Of a stretch of 64,000 nt of DNA, positions 1-13,619 are shown piece after piece (position 1 is the first letter of the stretch; each line of letters begins with the position of its first letter). The DNA comes from the human T2T-CHM13v2.0 reference genome, Homo sapiens, in NCBI RefSeq assembly GCF_009914755.1, contig NC_060925.1. One strand, given 5' to 3'. A model generated the notes under the pieces. That model saw only the letters and a list, made by a program, of their open reading frames with translations. It did not search any database and was not told the origin of the DNA. The translations under genes were made by a program, and so were the position numbers.

Positions 1-325
1 GAACTCCAAATCAAGGTGCAGTAGGGCTGATTTTTCTTGAGGCACCTCTCCTTGGTCTGCAGATGTCTGGTTACTCACTGTGTCCTCATATCATCTTTCC
101 TCTGTGCATACGGGTCCCTGACATCTCTATATGTGTTCAAAATTACTCTTCTTACAAGAACACAAGTCAGATTGGAATAAGGTCCACCCTAACAACCTCA
201 TATTAACATAATCACCTCTTTTAAGACCCTCTCTCTAAATACAGTCACATTCGGAGGTACTAGGGGTAAGTGCTTCAACATATAAATGTCAGCGGGTGGA
301 GAGAGACACCATTCAGGATACAACA
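1..325 (-). mobile_element. MaLR LTR (MLT1A/B-like), cut by window edge
   Basis: Resembles reverse MLT1 consensus (caaatacagtcacattc...ggtactagggg...cttcaacatat). Confidence 0.8.
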
Positions 326-389
326 CTTGTTAGCAACAGGTCTGAAATCACTGACTAATTTCTCATCTCTTATACTTTCTTTAACCAAT

Positions 390-930
390 TCCACCTCTCC
401 ACCTAATCAGCAATTTTTCAAGGTCACTAGTGACCTCTACACATAGCAAAATGCAGATATCGGTTATCAGTGCTCATCGTACTTATTCTATCAGCATTAG
501 GCACAGTTGATCATTTCATCATGTTTGAATCACCTTCTTTACTTGACTTCCAGGAAACTCCAGAGACTCCATTTTCTTGATTTTCTTCCTACCTTCCAGG
601 GTACTCCTTCTGAGTAACCTCAGCTGGCTCTTTCTGCTCTACTCTTAAAATAGTCCTCTTTTGTAGCAACACTCAAAATGTAACCCAAGTATATGTCCAG
701 GATTGCCAAATTTATATTTCCAGCTCAATCCATTTCCCCAAACTCATATATTAATTAAGCTGTCTACTCAATATTTCTACTTGGATCTCTATCAGACATC
801 TGCAACCCAGCATATCGAAACTTAAATTCCTTGTTCTCTTCCCTGAAACCTCCTTTCCATGTTAGCTGATGTCAAATCTATTCTTCTCATGGTTCAGCCA
901 AAATCATGTTGTTATACCTGAATCCTCTTT
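390..930 (+). mobile_element. L2 LINE fragment (ORF2 region)
   Basis: caaggtcactagtgacctc...cacagttgatca...cttgacttccagga resembles L2 consensus. Confidence 0.75.
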
Positions 931-2160
931 TAACTTGAGTGCATATTAATATTATTGTTTAAAGTTCTTCAAGTAGTAAAAATGTTTTACCAGAATAAGA
1001 GAGAAAAAAGAAAAAAATGCTTGCAATGAACATGTTCAGTTGACACTAGCAATAGTGACCTAAGATATTTAAACTTGACTTCAAATTAAAATTTATTTTC
1101 AACCAAGATGCAGTGAAACAAATCAAAACAAAACTTTAAGTAAAAAAATGGAAATATTGAACCCAAACTGAACTCCATCCATTTATCAATCTACAAAAAT
1201 AGCAACAAAGTATTTCACATCATTGAAAGTACTGTGATGTGCAGTCTTCTATTCTAAGGCATGACCTTTAATTAGATATTACTGCAAAAACTGCCAGATT
1301 GGATCCCTAGGGTGAGTGATGTATAGTGACACAGAAGGAAGTATTGGAAAGGAAATAAACACCCACTCTCTTCTTCCCATCACCTTATCGTGTCTGAAAA
1401 AGGAGGTACTCTGATCTACCTGCTAATTTCCCCATGCCTATCCTTTCTTCTCCCAATTAATTCTAATTATGGCATTCAGGATTCCATAAAAATTTAGAAT
1501 TAGTTTTAAGTCACAGTAAAGTTTGTCATCACAGAGCTTCTTAAAGTTCGATTAAACCTCAAGCTCCACTGACGAGATACTTAGAAGTTTTTGCTTATAA
1601 CTGTATGATCAGCACCTAATTCAAAGTGAATGCTCACTAATATATACTGAATTAAAAGTTACTCTGCAGTGGTTACTTCTAACACCCTGTTAGCATCCAA
1701 AGTTGACAACTATCAGCATGCAGAGGTTGGCAATCTGTGGATTCTGCCATCTGGCATCTATGCTGAGAAACAGAAACTCCCAAATAACCTTGCTCCAAAA
1801 AGGAACACATTTGTTAATTTTAAAATGCATGCTTCTGATTTGCTGGGGATAATATGAATAATCTAGCACACTATGATATCGCTTTATTTCCTCAACCAGA
1901 CTTAATTATCGTACAATTTTTCAACAAGAATATTCATTTGGACTTTTAAGAAAAAAATGAACAACTCTTACGTTAACTAAGCTCTCTTTTGCCTTGCCTC
2001 CAGGCCTTGTCCTTCTTCCTTCAGCTCTCACTTTCTATGCTTCCTGAACCTTCTTCCTCCCTAGTCTTAGTGAAGTGACACACATGTGTTCTTGCTCAGT
2101 ACCCTCTACTCCTTTCACAATAGTACTTATTATAATGTGTTGAAACTGTTTTTTAATGAT

Positions 2161-2338
2161 CTATATCCTCCAAATGGACCTTAGAGACCAAACAACTGGT
2201 TCTACATAGAACACAGAGGTATGAAAAGAGGAAATAAAAGTAAATTCTAAAAATATTTCTGTACATTGATATTTTGTATATTTCCATGTTGAAGGTGTAT
2301 ACTCTCTTAGAGCAAAGTAGAAGCCTCTACGCTTAGTG
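2161..2338 (-). pseudogene. Candidate exon (TKRRGFYFALREYTPSTWKY...)
   Basis: Acceptor ttcattattcttgcaaag|; phase-2 start joins exon 3485-3730 (TA+C=Tyr); open to TAG at 2161-2163. Confidence 0.4.
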
Positions 2339-2489
2339 CTTTGCAAGAATAATGAACACAAATAGACTGAAATAGGAAGCTACCAGATGGAATGCATCAT
2401 TAATAACATCTAAATATGAGCCTCATCAAGAGTTGATTTGAGGGCATGTTTCTTGCTATGTGTCCCTCCAAAGCTGCCAGTAATGGCTT

Positions 2490-2620
2490 TACTTAGATCT
2501 AAAATTGTGAGGGCAGGAATTATTTCTATTTTGTTCATTTTGCTCGTGTTTTCAGAACCCAACACAGGGCCAGATACACATATTAAGTACTCAATACATT
2601 TGCTGAGTGTTGAATGAATT
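2490..2620 (+). mobile_element. L2 3' end
   Basis: gagggcagg...gtactcaatacatttgctgagtgttgaatgaat tail. Confidence 0.7.
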
Positions 2621-3484
2621 TTGCTATATAAAAGTTTGCTGTTTCCTCTTGTTCTTATTTACATTTTTATCTGTAAAAATCATGTTGACAATTATAAATA
2701 TCTTCTGACCATTTTTTTCTAATTTTCAGTCATCCCTTCTTTTTATGTACTAATATTGGGGCTGATTTGGAATCCCCACCCAGCAATCTTCTTCAGCCTT
2801 CCCCTCAGTAGTCCACCAAATGAATCAGTAGTAGTATCACTATGTTCTTCTATGTGGGGAAAACACCACTGAAAAACATTTTTCTTACTGATACTTTCAG
2901 AATAGCTAATGTACTTCACAAAAATTACAGTTAAAATGCTGGAAAAATGTGTACTATGTGAACACTTACTTAAACATTTAAATAAATATGTGTTGTATTT
3001 ACCTATAAACTTACATATTTAAATGTGTTGCATTTGTATTTACATATGTGCAGTATTTATATACCAATGTACATACTTAAATCACCAGTATATTGCTTTT
3101 CTATATCTACATAAAAATATAAGATAGTTGATTTATTTCTATTTTTTGATGCTTTTCATATACTTATTAATGAATCATTAAAACCATAACTGTATTAATT
3201 CTGCTAAATGTGTCTTTTAGAATCGCGAAACTATTTGTACCTTAACATGGAGGTACCTCTCAGACCAAGCAAGTCTGAATTTTAGATCATTAATTTTTAG
3301 AGAGAAACAGAAATAATTACAGCTCATTTCAAATAACAAATGAAACAAACCCACAACAGATGAGTTCTAGACATTCTAGACATTCAGCCTCTTGACATAA
3401 TCCATGTCTCTAATTTAGGAAAATTGTAAAATATGTTCTAAAATACCAAAAGGATATCTGGGAAACTTTTAGGTCCTGGCTCAC

Positions 3485-3730
3485 TATGATTTCCGATAAT
3501 GATGGAAAAGGACTATGAGGATTCTGTTGTAAGCGATTTCCAGCATTTCTGTGATAAGGATAACTTCACCAGCAGCCATGGTTATGGGAATAACTACAGC
3601 ATGGTCCCATCCATGACCCTGAGGCTTGCAAATAGAACTGAGAAGACTGCCACCTTGCATTGTTACCATTATCAATAAGTCTTTCAACTCCAGATATAAG
3701 ACTATCAGGTTTCCATTAACAGTCATTGCA
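3485..3730 (-). pseudogene. Candidate exon, 246 bp (AMTVNGNLIVLYLELKDLL...HHYRKS)
   Basis: Acceptor tcatctattttatatag|, donor ATA|GTGAGC, length multiple of 3, one frame fully open (ORF 3484-3777). Confidence 0.6.
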
Positions 3731-4020
3731 CTATATAAAATAGATGATAAACTGTGAAGACTATTAATAGCATGCAAACTTGCTTACAACCTTAGTACTT
3801 ATGAAAATATGCATATTTCATTTGTACTTTCATAAAAATTAGCAAGCATTGACTTAACATTAACAAGGAAGATGTGTTCTTTAGAACTAGGAAAAAGTTG
3901 ATATGAAATTAAAGCCTAACTGTAGAAGAACTTTGTGAAAATAACTGAGAATTATTGTAAAGCAATTTTACTTTAACAATAGATTACATTTACCTCATTA
4001 AAAAACAACGACAACAATAA

Positions 4021-7000
4021 GAGTAAGATCCTGACTAGAAGCAGCTACTGTGTGCCACTCTTATGGAGAAAAGTGAAGGGGCAAGTAAATACAGCACCTT
4101 GAACTAAACATCCAGGTACATGCATTGGGATCCATCAAGAAAACAACTCAACCCAAGGAGATTAGAGAAAAGCAAGACAGGATGACTGCCCACCCTGGAG
4201 CAACACAGAGCCAGTGTAGCCTCCCCAACCCAGGGAAGTGGTGAGTAAGTGAGTGAGTGACCCCAGGGACCCATGCTTCTCCCACAGATTTTTGCAACCC
4301 TTAGATCAGGAGATCCCCTGGTGAACTCCTACACCAGGGCCTTTAGTCTGGCATGCAGAGCATCTGGTCAGGCACATGCGAAGCCCCAGGAGCATTAGAT
4401 ACCCAGACTTCCCAGCAAAGGCAGCTGCAACTCCAGCAAGGTGGGAGGTCAGACCTGCGTACATACCCTGGGAAAGGAGCTAAATCCAGGGGCTGAGCAG
4501 CATTGGTCTGCAGGCCCTGCTTTCATGGCACCTCCCAGGATAAGACCCACTGGCTTGGAACTCCAGCCAGTCATGAGTAGCATTGTCACACCACCTTGAG
4601 ATGGAGCTCCCAGAGGGAGGGGCAGGCCACCATCTTTGCTGTTTTATAACCTTAATCATTGTTGCCTTAGGGCTCTGGGGAATCAGGGGCAATTAGGGAC
4701 TGCGGTGGTCCCCCAGCACAGCACAGCAGCTCTACAAAGAGGCAGCTAGACTGCTTTTTCACACGAGTCCCTGATCCCATTTTTCTTCCCTGGGCGGAAT
4801 CTCTCCACCAAGATCTACAACACCCCTGCTGGTGTTTTCCAGCTGGCAGCAGTCCCAAACCTCCCAGGGACTGAGCTCCCAGAGGGTGGGGTGTACTACT
4901 ATCTTTGCTATTTTGCCACCTTAGCCATTCTTGCCTTTGGGCTTTGGAATGCCTGAGGGGCCTGTGGGCTGGAGCAGACCACAACACAGCAGAGCTGCTC
5001 TATGAAAAAGCAGGCTGACTGCCTTTTAATGTAGGTCCCTGATCTTATCCTCCTTACTGGGTGGGACCTGTCAAGCAGGGTACCTAGCCACCCCTGTCAG
5101 TGTGTTCGGGCTGGCAACAGGGACAGAGCTTTTCAGGGACAGATCTTCCAGAGAGATCTGCAGGCTGCCATCTTTGCTGTTTTGCAGTCTTCACTGTTGA
5201 TACCTTCAGGTACTGAAAAATCCAAGGTGACTAGAGACTAGAGCAGACCCCCAGCATACTACAGCACCCTTATGGAAAAGTAGCCAGACTGTTTGTTATG
5301 TGGGTCCCTGATCTCATACTTCCTCATTGGGTGGGTCCTCCCAGCCTGAGTCTCCAACCACCCCCCAGCTGGGACTATGGAGCCAGTAGCAGCTCTGCAA
5401 CTCCTGGGAGAGAGCTCCCAATGGGAGTGGGGATTGCCGTATTTGCTTACAGCCTTCATGCTTGCTGTCTCCACACTCTGGGGAGTCCACGGCAACCAGA
5501 GGCTGGTCCAGACCCCCAGAACAGAGCACCCACCTCACAGAAAAGTGGTCAGACGGTATTCCATGCAGGTCCCAGTACTCTCTTCTCCCTACTGGGCAGG
5601 GTCACCTGACATATGACTCCAGTAATACCATGCTGCCCCCACTTTACCACTTTAATCAGAGGGAGCCCAGCAGTCAAAGCAATATCCACACACAGAGATG
5701 AGAAAGAACCAATGCAAGAACTTGAGCAACTCAAGTGGGCAGAGTGTCTTATCTCCTCCAAACAGCTGCACTAGTCTCTGACAAGGGTTCTTAACCAGCC
5801 TTAATTGGTTGAAATGACAGAAATAGAATTCAGAATATGGATAAGAATGAAGATCACCAAGATGCAGGAGAACAGCAAAGTGCAATCCAAGGAAACTAAG
5901 AATCAATAAAATGACAAGGAGGTGACAGATGAAATAGCCAGTGTAAGAGAGAACCTAACTGATCTGAAAAGGCCGAAAAACACACTACAAGAAATTCACA
6001 ATGCAATCGCAAGTATTAACAGCAGAGTAGAACAAGCTGAGGAAAGAATCTTAGAACTTGAAGAGTGTCTCTCTGAAATAAGACACTCAGACAAAAATAA
6101 AGAAAAAAAGAATACAAAGAAATAAAACCTCCAAGAAATATGGGATTATGTAAAGAGGCTAAATAGATGAGTCACTGGCATCCCTGAAAGGGACAGGAGA
6201 AAGCAAACAACTTGGAAAACATATTTCAGGATACTGTCCATGAAAAGTTTCCTACCTTGCTACAGAGGCTAACAGTCAAATTCAGGAAATACAGAGAACC
6301 CCTGCAAGATTAAACACAAGCAGATTATCCCTAAGACACATAATCATCAGATTTTCCAAGGTCAAAATGAAAGAATATTAAAGGCAGCTAGAGAGAAAGG
6401 GCAGGTCACATACATAGGAAACCCCATGAGGCTAACAGTGGACCTCTCTGCAGAAACCCTACTAACCAGCAGGCATTGGCAGCTTGCATTCAACATTCTT
6501 AAAGAAATAAAAAATCTTCAATCAAGATTTTTATATCCAGAGAAACTAAGCTTTCTCAGAAAAGAAGAAATATGATCCTTTCCAGATCAAATGCTAAGGG
6601 AGTTTGTTACCATCAAGCCCACCTTAGAATAGACATCGAAAGAAGCACTAAATTTGGAAAGCCAAAACCATTACCAGCTAATAAAAACAAAGCTAAGTAC
6701 GTAGACCAGTGAAACTACAAAACAACCACACAAAAAAGCCAGCATAATAACTGGTTAAAAACACATGAGAGGATCAAATCCACATGTATCAATACTAATC
6801 CTGAATGGAAACAGGCTAAATCTCACCATTTAAAAAGTACAAAGTGGCAAGCTGGATTTAAAAAAAAAAAAAAAAAGCAAGATCCAATGGTATGCTGTCA
6901 TCAGGAGACCCATCTCATATGCAATGACACTGATAGGATCAAAATACAGGGATGGAGGAAAAATATATCAAGCAAATAGAAATCAGAAAAAAGCAGAGGT

Positions 7001-10000
7001 TGCAATGCTAATTTCAGATAAAACAGATTTTAAACTAACAAACAACAAAAATGATGGAAAAAAAAGCACATTACATAATGGTAAAGGGTTCAATTCAAGA
7101 AGAAGACCTAACTATCCTAAATACATATGCAACCAACACAGGAGCAACCAGGTTTATAAAGCAAGTTCTTAAACTTACAAAGAAACCTACAAAGAAACTT
7201 AGACTTCCACAAAATAATAGCGGGAGACATCAACACTCCAATGACAGTCTTAGAGAGATCAGTGAGGAAGAAAATTAACAAGGACATTCAGGACCTGAAC
7301 TCAACATTGGACCATATGGGTATGATAGACCTCTACAGAACTCTCTACCCAAAAACAACAGAGTATACATTCTTCTCATTGCCACAAGGCACATAGGTTA
7401 AAATTGACCATACAATCCAACATAAAAAAATCCTCAGCAAATCCAAAAGAACCAAAATCATACCAAACACACTCTCAGAACACAGCACAATAAAAATTAA
7501 AATCAAGAATAAAGAAAAAAATCACTCAAAGCCATGCAATTACATGGAAATTAAATAACCTGCTCCTCAATGACTTTGGAGTAAACAATGAAATTAAGGC
7601 AGAAATCAGGAAGTTTTTTGAAACTCGTGAGAACAAAGATACAACATATCAGAATCTCTGAGACACAGCTAAGGCAGTGTTAAGAGGGAAATTTATAGCA
7701 TTAAACGCTGATATCAAAAGTTAGAAAGATCTCAAATTAACACCTTAACATCACAACTAGAAAAACTAGAGCAGCAAAAGCAAACCAAACCCAAAGCTAG
7801 CAGAAGACAAGAAGTAATCAAAATCAGAGCTGAACTGAAAGAGATTGAGACAAGAAAAACAAATAAAAAAATCACTGAATCTGGGGGTTAATTTTTTTAA
7901 AAAAATAATAAGTTAGATAGGCTAATACCTAGACTAATATAGAAAAGAAATAAGATCCAAATAAGCACAATCAGAAACAACAAAGGAGATATTACCACTG
8001 TCCCCACAGAAATACAAATAACCATCAGAGACTACTACGAACACCTCTATGCACACAAACTAGAAAACCTAGATGAGATGGATAAATTCCTGAACACATA
8101 CACCCTCCCAAGACTGAACCAGGAAGAAATTGATTCCCTGAACAGACCAAAAATGAGCTCTGAAATTAAATCAGTAATAAATAGCATACCAATACACAAA
8201 AAAAGCCCAAGACCAGAAAGATTCACAGCTGAATTCTACCAGATGTACAAGGAAGATCTAGTACCATTCCTATTGAAACTATTCCAAAAAATTGAAGAGA
8301 AGTGATTCTTCCTTAGCTCATTCTATGAGGCCAGGATCATAGAAACGATACTAAAACCTGGCAGAGGCACAACAACAACAGCAAAAAGAAAACTTCAGGC
8401 CAATATCCTCAATGAACATGTATGCAAAAATTGTCAACAAAATACTGGCAAACCAAATCCAGCAGCATATCAATAAGCTAATCCACCACAATCAAGCAGG
8501 CTTTATCCCTGGGATTCAAGGTTGGTTTAACGTATGTAAATCAATAAATGTCATACATCACATAAACAGAACTAAAGATAAAAACCACATGATCATCTCA
8601 ATAGATGCAGAAAAGGCTTTTGATAAAATTCAACATCCCTTGATTTTAAAAACTCTCAGAAACCAGGTATTGAAAAACCATATCACAAAATAATAAGAGC
8701 TATATATGACAAGCTCACAGCCAATATCATACTGAATAGGCAAAAGCTAGAAGCATTATACTTGAAAATTGGCACAAGAGAAAGATGTCCTCTCTCACCA
8801 CTCCTATTTAACATAATATTGAAAGTCCTGGCCAGAGCAATCAGGCCCAAGAAAGAAATAAAGGGCATCTAAATAGGAAGACAGGAAGTCAAACTATCCC
8901 TGTTTGTAGATGACATGATTCTCTATCTAAAAAACTCCACAGTCTCAACCCAAAGCATGGTACTGGCATGAAAACAGACACACAGACCAATGAAACATGG
9001 TAGAGAACCCAGAAATAATGGTGAACACCTACAACCATCTGATCTTTGACAAAGCTGACAAAAGCATGCAATGGGGAAAGGACTCCCTATTCAATAAATG
9101 GCACTGGAATAACTGGCTAGCCATATGCAGAAGATTGAAACTGGACACATTTCTTACACCATATGCAAAAATCAACTCAAGATGGATCAAAGAGTTAAAT
9201 GTAAAACCCAAAACTATAAAAGCCCTGAAAGACAACCTAGGTAATACCATTTAGGACATAGGAATGGGCAAAGATTTCATGACAAAGACACCAAAAGCAA
9301 TCACAACAAAAGCAAAAATTGACAAATTGGATCTAATTAAACTTAAGAGCTTCTGCTCAGCAAAATAAACTATCAACAGAGTAAACAGACATTCTACAGA
9401 ATGGGAGAAAATATTTGCTAACTATACATCTGAAAAAGTCTAATATCTATAGGGAATATAATAAATTTACTAGAAAAAAGAAAACAAGTAGCCCCATTAA
9501 AAAGTGGGCAAATGACATAAACATCAACTTTTCAAAAGAAGATATACATGCAACCAACAATCATATAAAAAATAGCTCAACATCACTGATCATTAGAGAA
9601 AAGCAAATCAAAACCACAATGATATACCATCTCACACCAGTAAGAATGGCTATTATTTTTAAGAAGTCAAAAAATAACAGATGCTGGTGAGGTTGTGGAG
9701 AAAAGAGAACGCTTATACATTGATGGTGGGAGTGTAAGTTAGTTTAACCATTGTGGAAAGCAGTTTGTTGATTCCTCAAAGAGCTAAAAACAGTACCACC
9801 ATTTGACCCAACAATCCCATTACTGGGTGTATACCCTAAAAGAATATAAATCATTCTACCATGGAGATACATGCACCCACATATTCTTTGCAGCAATATT
9901 CACAATAGCAAAGGCATGGAATCAACATAAATGTCCATCAATGGTAGACTGAAAAAAGAAAATGTGGTATATATACACCATGGAATACTACTCAGCCATA

Positions 10001-10340
10001 AAAAAGAATGAGATGATGTCCTTTGGAGGAACATGAATGGAGCTGGACGGCATCATCCTTAGCAAACCAACATAGAAACAGAATACCAAAAACCATATGT
10101 TCTCACAAGTGGGAGCTAAATGATGATAACACATGGACACAAAGAGGGAAACAATAGACACTAGGGCCTACTTGAAGGTGAAGGTTGGGAGGAGGGAGAG
10201 GATCAGAAAAAACAACTATTGGGTACTAGCCTTAGTACCTGGGTGACAAAATAATCTGTACAACAAACCCCTATGACACAAGTTTACCTATATAACAAAG
10301 TGAACATGTACCCCTGAACCTAAAATAAAAGTTTTTAAAA
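4021..10340 (+). mobile_element. Near-full-length L1 (L1PA15/L1PA16-like), ORFs disrupted, internal ORF2 deletion
   Basis: 5'UTR gactagaagcagct..., ORF1 ATG ~5698, ORF2 ATG ~6765 with EN/RT fragments in ORF track, L1PA15/16-type 3'UTR ending cccctgaacctaaaataaaagtt. Confidence 0.9.
4600..5640 (+). repeat. ~270-bp degenerate tandem unit x4 in L1 5'UTR
   Basis: Units start ~4600, 4870, 5138, 5408, each with gagctccca...atctttgct...ggtccctgatc...tgggtggg-like motifs. Confidence 0.8.
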
Positions 10341-10956
10341 AGCACATTAAATTATAAAATAAAGATGAATGTCAGGAATTCATAAATAGATTCATAAGTA
10401 ATTAATTAATTAAATTCCAGTAGTACTTGTAGTTTTGTCTAACAATACACCACAGAATATAATAATCACTGTAACTTATATTTAAACAATGTGCTTATGC
10501 AGAAAGAGTCAGTATACTGGGAAACTCCATTCCAAACCTGCTTTCATTTTCTGCATGCATATTTACAAATTTTGTCTTTTTGTATCCTAGATTGCTTGTA
10601 AACTTGTTTATGTTAACAAAAATTAAAGATTAATTGAGATGAATTTAGTTTAGGTGTCCATAAATGAGCTATAGGCCAAATACAAACTAGATAGAAGTGA
10701 TGGAAGATAATACATATGTGAAAAGTATTACTACTAGAGGTACCAGCAGTTTTTGATGAAGAACAGATGTACATTTACCAAAATGATGTTCTAATACAAA
10801 TAGTAAAATCTGTGGAAAATAAGTCATTAAACCTTACATTTTTATGCTTCAACTCTTAAAATAATTTTCAGATGCCTGAACTGTTTTATTCATTGGGTTT
10901 AATATGACTTCATACTCCTTAGTTTGCAATTGAGAAAAATAAGCTACTCATACTAG

Positions 10957-11772
10957 TGAGAGGTGAAGCCAGCGGGACTTCCTGGGTCGAGTGGGGACTT
11001 AGAGAACTTTTCTGTCTAGCTAGAGGACTGTAAACGCACCAATCAGTGCTCTGTGTCTAGCTAAAGGATTGTGAATGCACCAGTCAGCACTCTGTAAAAA
11101 CGCAGCAATCAGCACTATGTGTCTAGCTAAAGGATTGTAAATGCACCAATCAGCACTCTGTAAAAAACGCACTAATCAGCATGTTGTGTCTAGGTAAAGG
11201 ATTGTAAATGCACCAATCAGCACTCTGTAAAATGGACCAATCAGCACTCTGTAAAATGGACCAATCAGTGCTCTGTAAAATGCACCAATCAGCAGGATGT
11301 GGGCAGGGACAAATAAAGGAATAAAAGCTGGCCACCCAAGCCAGTGTGGCAACCCACTTGGGTCCCCTTCCATGCTGTGAAAGTTTTGTTCTTTTGCTCT
11401 TCACAATAAACCTTGCCGCTGCTCACTCTTTGGGTCCACACTACCTTTTTGAGCTGTAACACTGCGAAGGCCTGCAGCTTCACTCCTGAAGTCAGCAAGA
11501 CCACGAAACCACCAGGAGGAACAAACAACTCTGGACGCACCACCTTTAAGAGCTATAACACACACTGCAAAGGTCTGTGGCTTCACTCCTGAAGTTAGCA
11601 AGACCACGAACCCACCGGAAGGAAGAAACTCCAGACACATCTGAACATCTGAAGGAACAAACTCAGGACACACCATCTTTAAGAACGGTAACACTCACCA
11701 TGAGGGTCTGTGGCTTCATTCTTGAAGTCAGCAAGACCAAGAACCCACTGGAAGGAACCAATTCCGGACACA
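10957..11772 (+). mobile_element. Solo LTR12 (ERV9 LTR)
   Basis: TGAGAGGTGAAGCC...CCGGACACA, 4-bp TSD CTAG (10953-56, 11773-76), tandem CCAAT units, U5 repeats. Confidence 0.95.
11039..11330 (+). promoter_or_regulatory. LTR12 U3 CCAAT (NF-Y) array plus TATA-like element
   Basis: Perfect CCAAT at 11039, 11146, 11213, 11237, 11261, 11285; aataaaagc at ~11320. Confidence 0.65.
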
Positions 11773-11829
11773 CTAGCTTAAATTAAGAAGGAATTTAAAG
11801 CCTCTCAAAAATGAAAAGTGTAGACTGGT

Positions 11830-12839
11830 GACACCTACAGACATGGATTGAAGCAGGAGCCCATCTATTCACCGCTACTTTATTTTTCTCCATCTCCAGT
11901 TACAATTCCCTTGGTTCATTCAGAAGCAGATTTTCCTTCATGGTGGCAAGATGTCTGCAACTGCTCCAGAAATTGTATTTATTCTTGTTGAGTCCAGAAA
12001 GAAAGAGAGTCTAGACCAGAATTTCAAGAAAAACTTCTATTGGGTCTCAAAGCATCTGATAGAGCCATGCATCTACCTTTAAATTAAAAACTGAGGTCAG
12101 AGGATATAAAGTTCCTTAACTGACTTAGCCTGGTAACGTTTGTGAAAATAAGCGATTCAAATTAAAGCTGTTGGAACTTTCAATTATTTTGAGTCTTAAA
12201 GAAAATGTGATTGTTTCTCTAATTATAGATTAACTTTTTCCTTACCTACTTTGTTTTGTAAAATGTTGCAAAAGATTAAATGACACCAGAGATAAGCTCT
12301 CTTCCCTCTTACTTGTTGACCCTCATTATAGGTTAACTTCCTCCTTTTTTCTCTTGCACCTGACACAGATCAGATAGCACAAAGACTCTATGATTATCAA
12401 GTTGCTCAAGATGAACTGTTAAGTATACCTTTCCCAAAAACGAACAAGCTGTAACTAATCAAATTGTAATTCATAAACCAGCTTTATATGAAAAATGTTG
12501 TAATCCTACTAAATTTCTTTGTTTCTACCTATAAAGGTAAAATCCTAGTTCTCCACTTCAGAACACTGACCCCATTCATTTGGAGTCTGTGTTTCCTGGG
12601 CAGCCATCCTTAAATTTCACACTTGAGTAAATTCTTTAGAACTGGATTCTGATCATTTTGATTATTTCAGGTTCACACATTCTTATTGGGAGTTTGAATG
12701 AGAATGGGGTGGAGAAGGGTACAAAGGTCCACGGACTGAGAATAAGGGGGGAAAAAAAGTGGTTTTCCAGAGAGGAATCAGGAATTATTACCAAAAATGA
12801 GACAATGGATGTCCAGTGGTATAAAATAACATGTCCACT
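11830..12839 (-). mobile_element. MLT1K-like MaLR LTR, split by a younger LTR
   Basis: tggtggcaagatgtctgc...ggactgagaa...atgtccacta resemble reverse MLT1K on both sides of 12141-12677. Confidence 0.65.
12141..12677 (+). mobile_element. ERV1-class solo LTR (LTR54/MER4-group-like)
   Basis: TGTGAA...TTCACA termini, TSD CGTT/CATT, tataaa and agtaaa signals. Confidence 0.75.
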
Positions 12840-13299
12840 AAAGAGGATGGCAAGTAAATAATTATCACTAATGCCATATTACATAATAATTTTCCATATT
12901 TCACTAAATACAATGAGTGAGGTTATCAACATCATGCCGTATCATTTAATGTCCATGTTTCAAATGTAAATACAAGACATATTACATAATACGATGTAAA
13001 ACAGTGAAGTTCACACTAAAGTCATATATAATAAGATATATTTTGTGTTAAGGAAAATCTTCATTTTCCTATATCCCGGATATCATTATCAAAAAATAAT
13101 ATTGATAGTGGTGTTATTAAATGTAATATTTGGGTTATCTACCTATTGTAGTCCCAAGCTATCAAATTTTCATTTTACTTCTATTTCTAGCAACAAATAG
13201 GAAAGTCAATCAATTTAGATCTAATTTATGTTCCATAAACTGTCTTCTAGCTTAAAAAATATTAATTTAATAAATCACTAGGTTTTGACTTTTATAAAT

Positions 13300-13597
13300 A
13301 CAATGAGTATTATAGAATCTTCAATTTCTCATCTATTTTATATTGCTATGGTTGAAGTAGAGAAAAGGAAGAAATCTGGTGATTTGTTGTATTTTGGAGA
13401 TCTTTGCAAAGAACAAGTCAAATTTGACTTTGAGATTCTAGCTCAAGCATCAGATTAGATGTCAATGTCATTTACAAGGATAGCTAATATCACAAAAAAA
13501 GTAGCTATTCAGTGGTTTTTGATTGTCGAAGAAAGTGAGGGAACAGGTAGAAAACGACCACAATGGTAGTATTTTCACAGTTATTTGTAGATTTACG
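13300..13597 (-). pseudogene. Weak candidate exon (KSTNNCENTTIVVVFYLFPHFLRQSK...)
   Basis: Long T tract ending tttac|g (possible mutated AG); stop-poor start; donor not found. Confidence 0.3.
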
Positions 13598-13619
13598 TAA
13601 AGCAAATAAAAAAAAAAAT

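Noticed and set aside
11150-11786. Overlapping ORFs and CRISPR-like periodicity
   Set aside because: LTR12 internal tandem repeats; no unique spacers, eukaryotic context.
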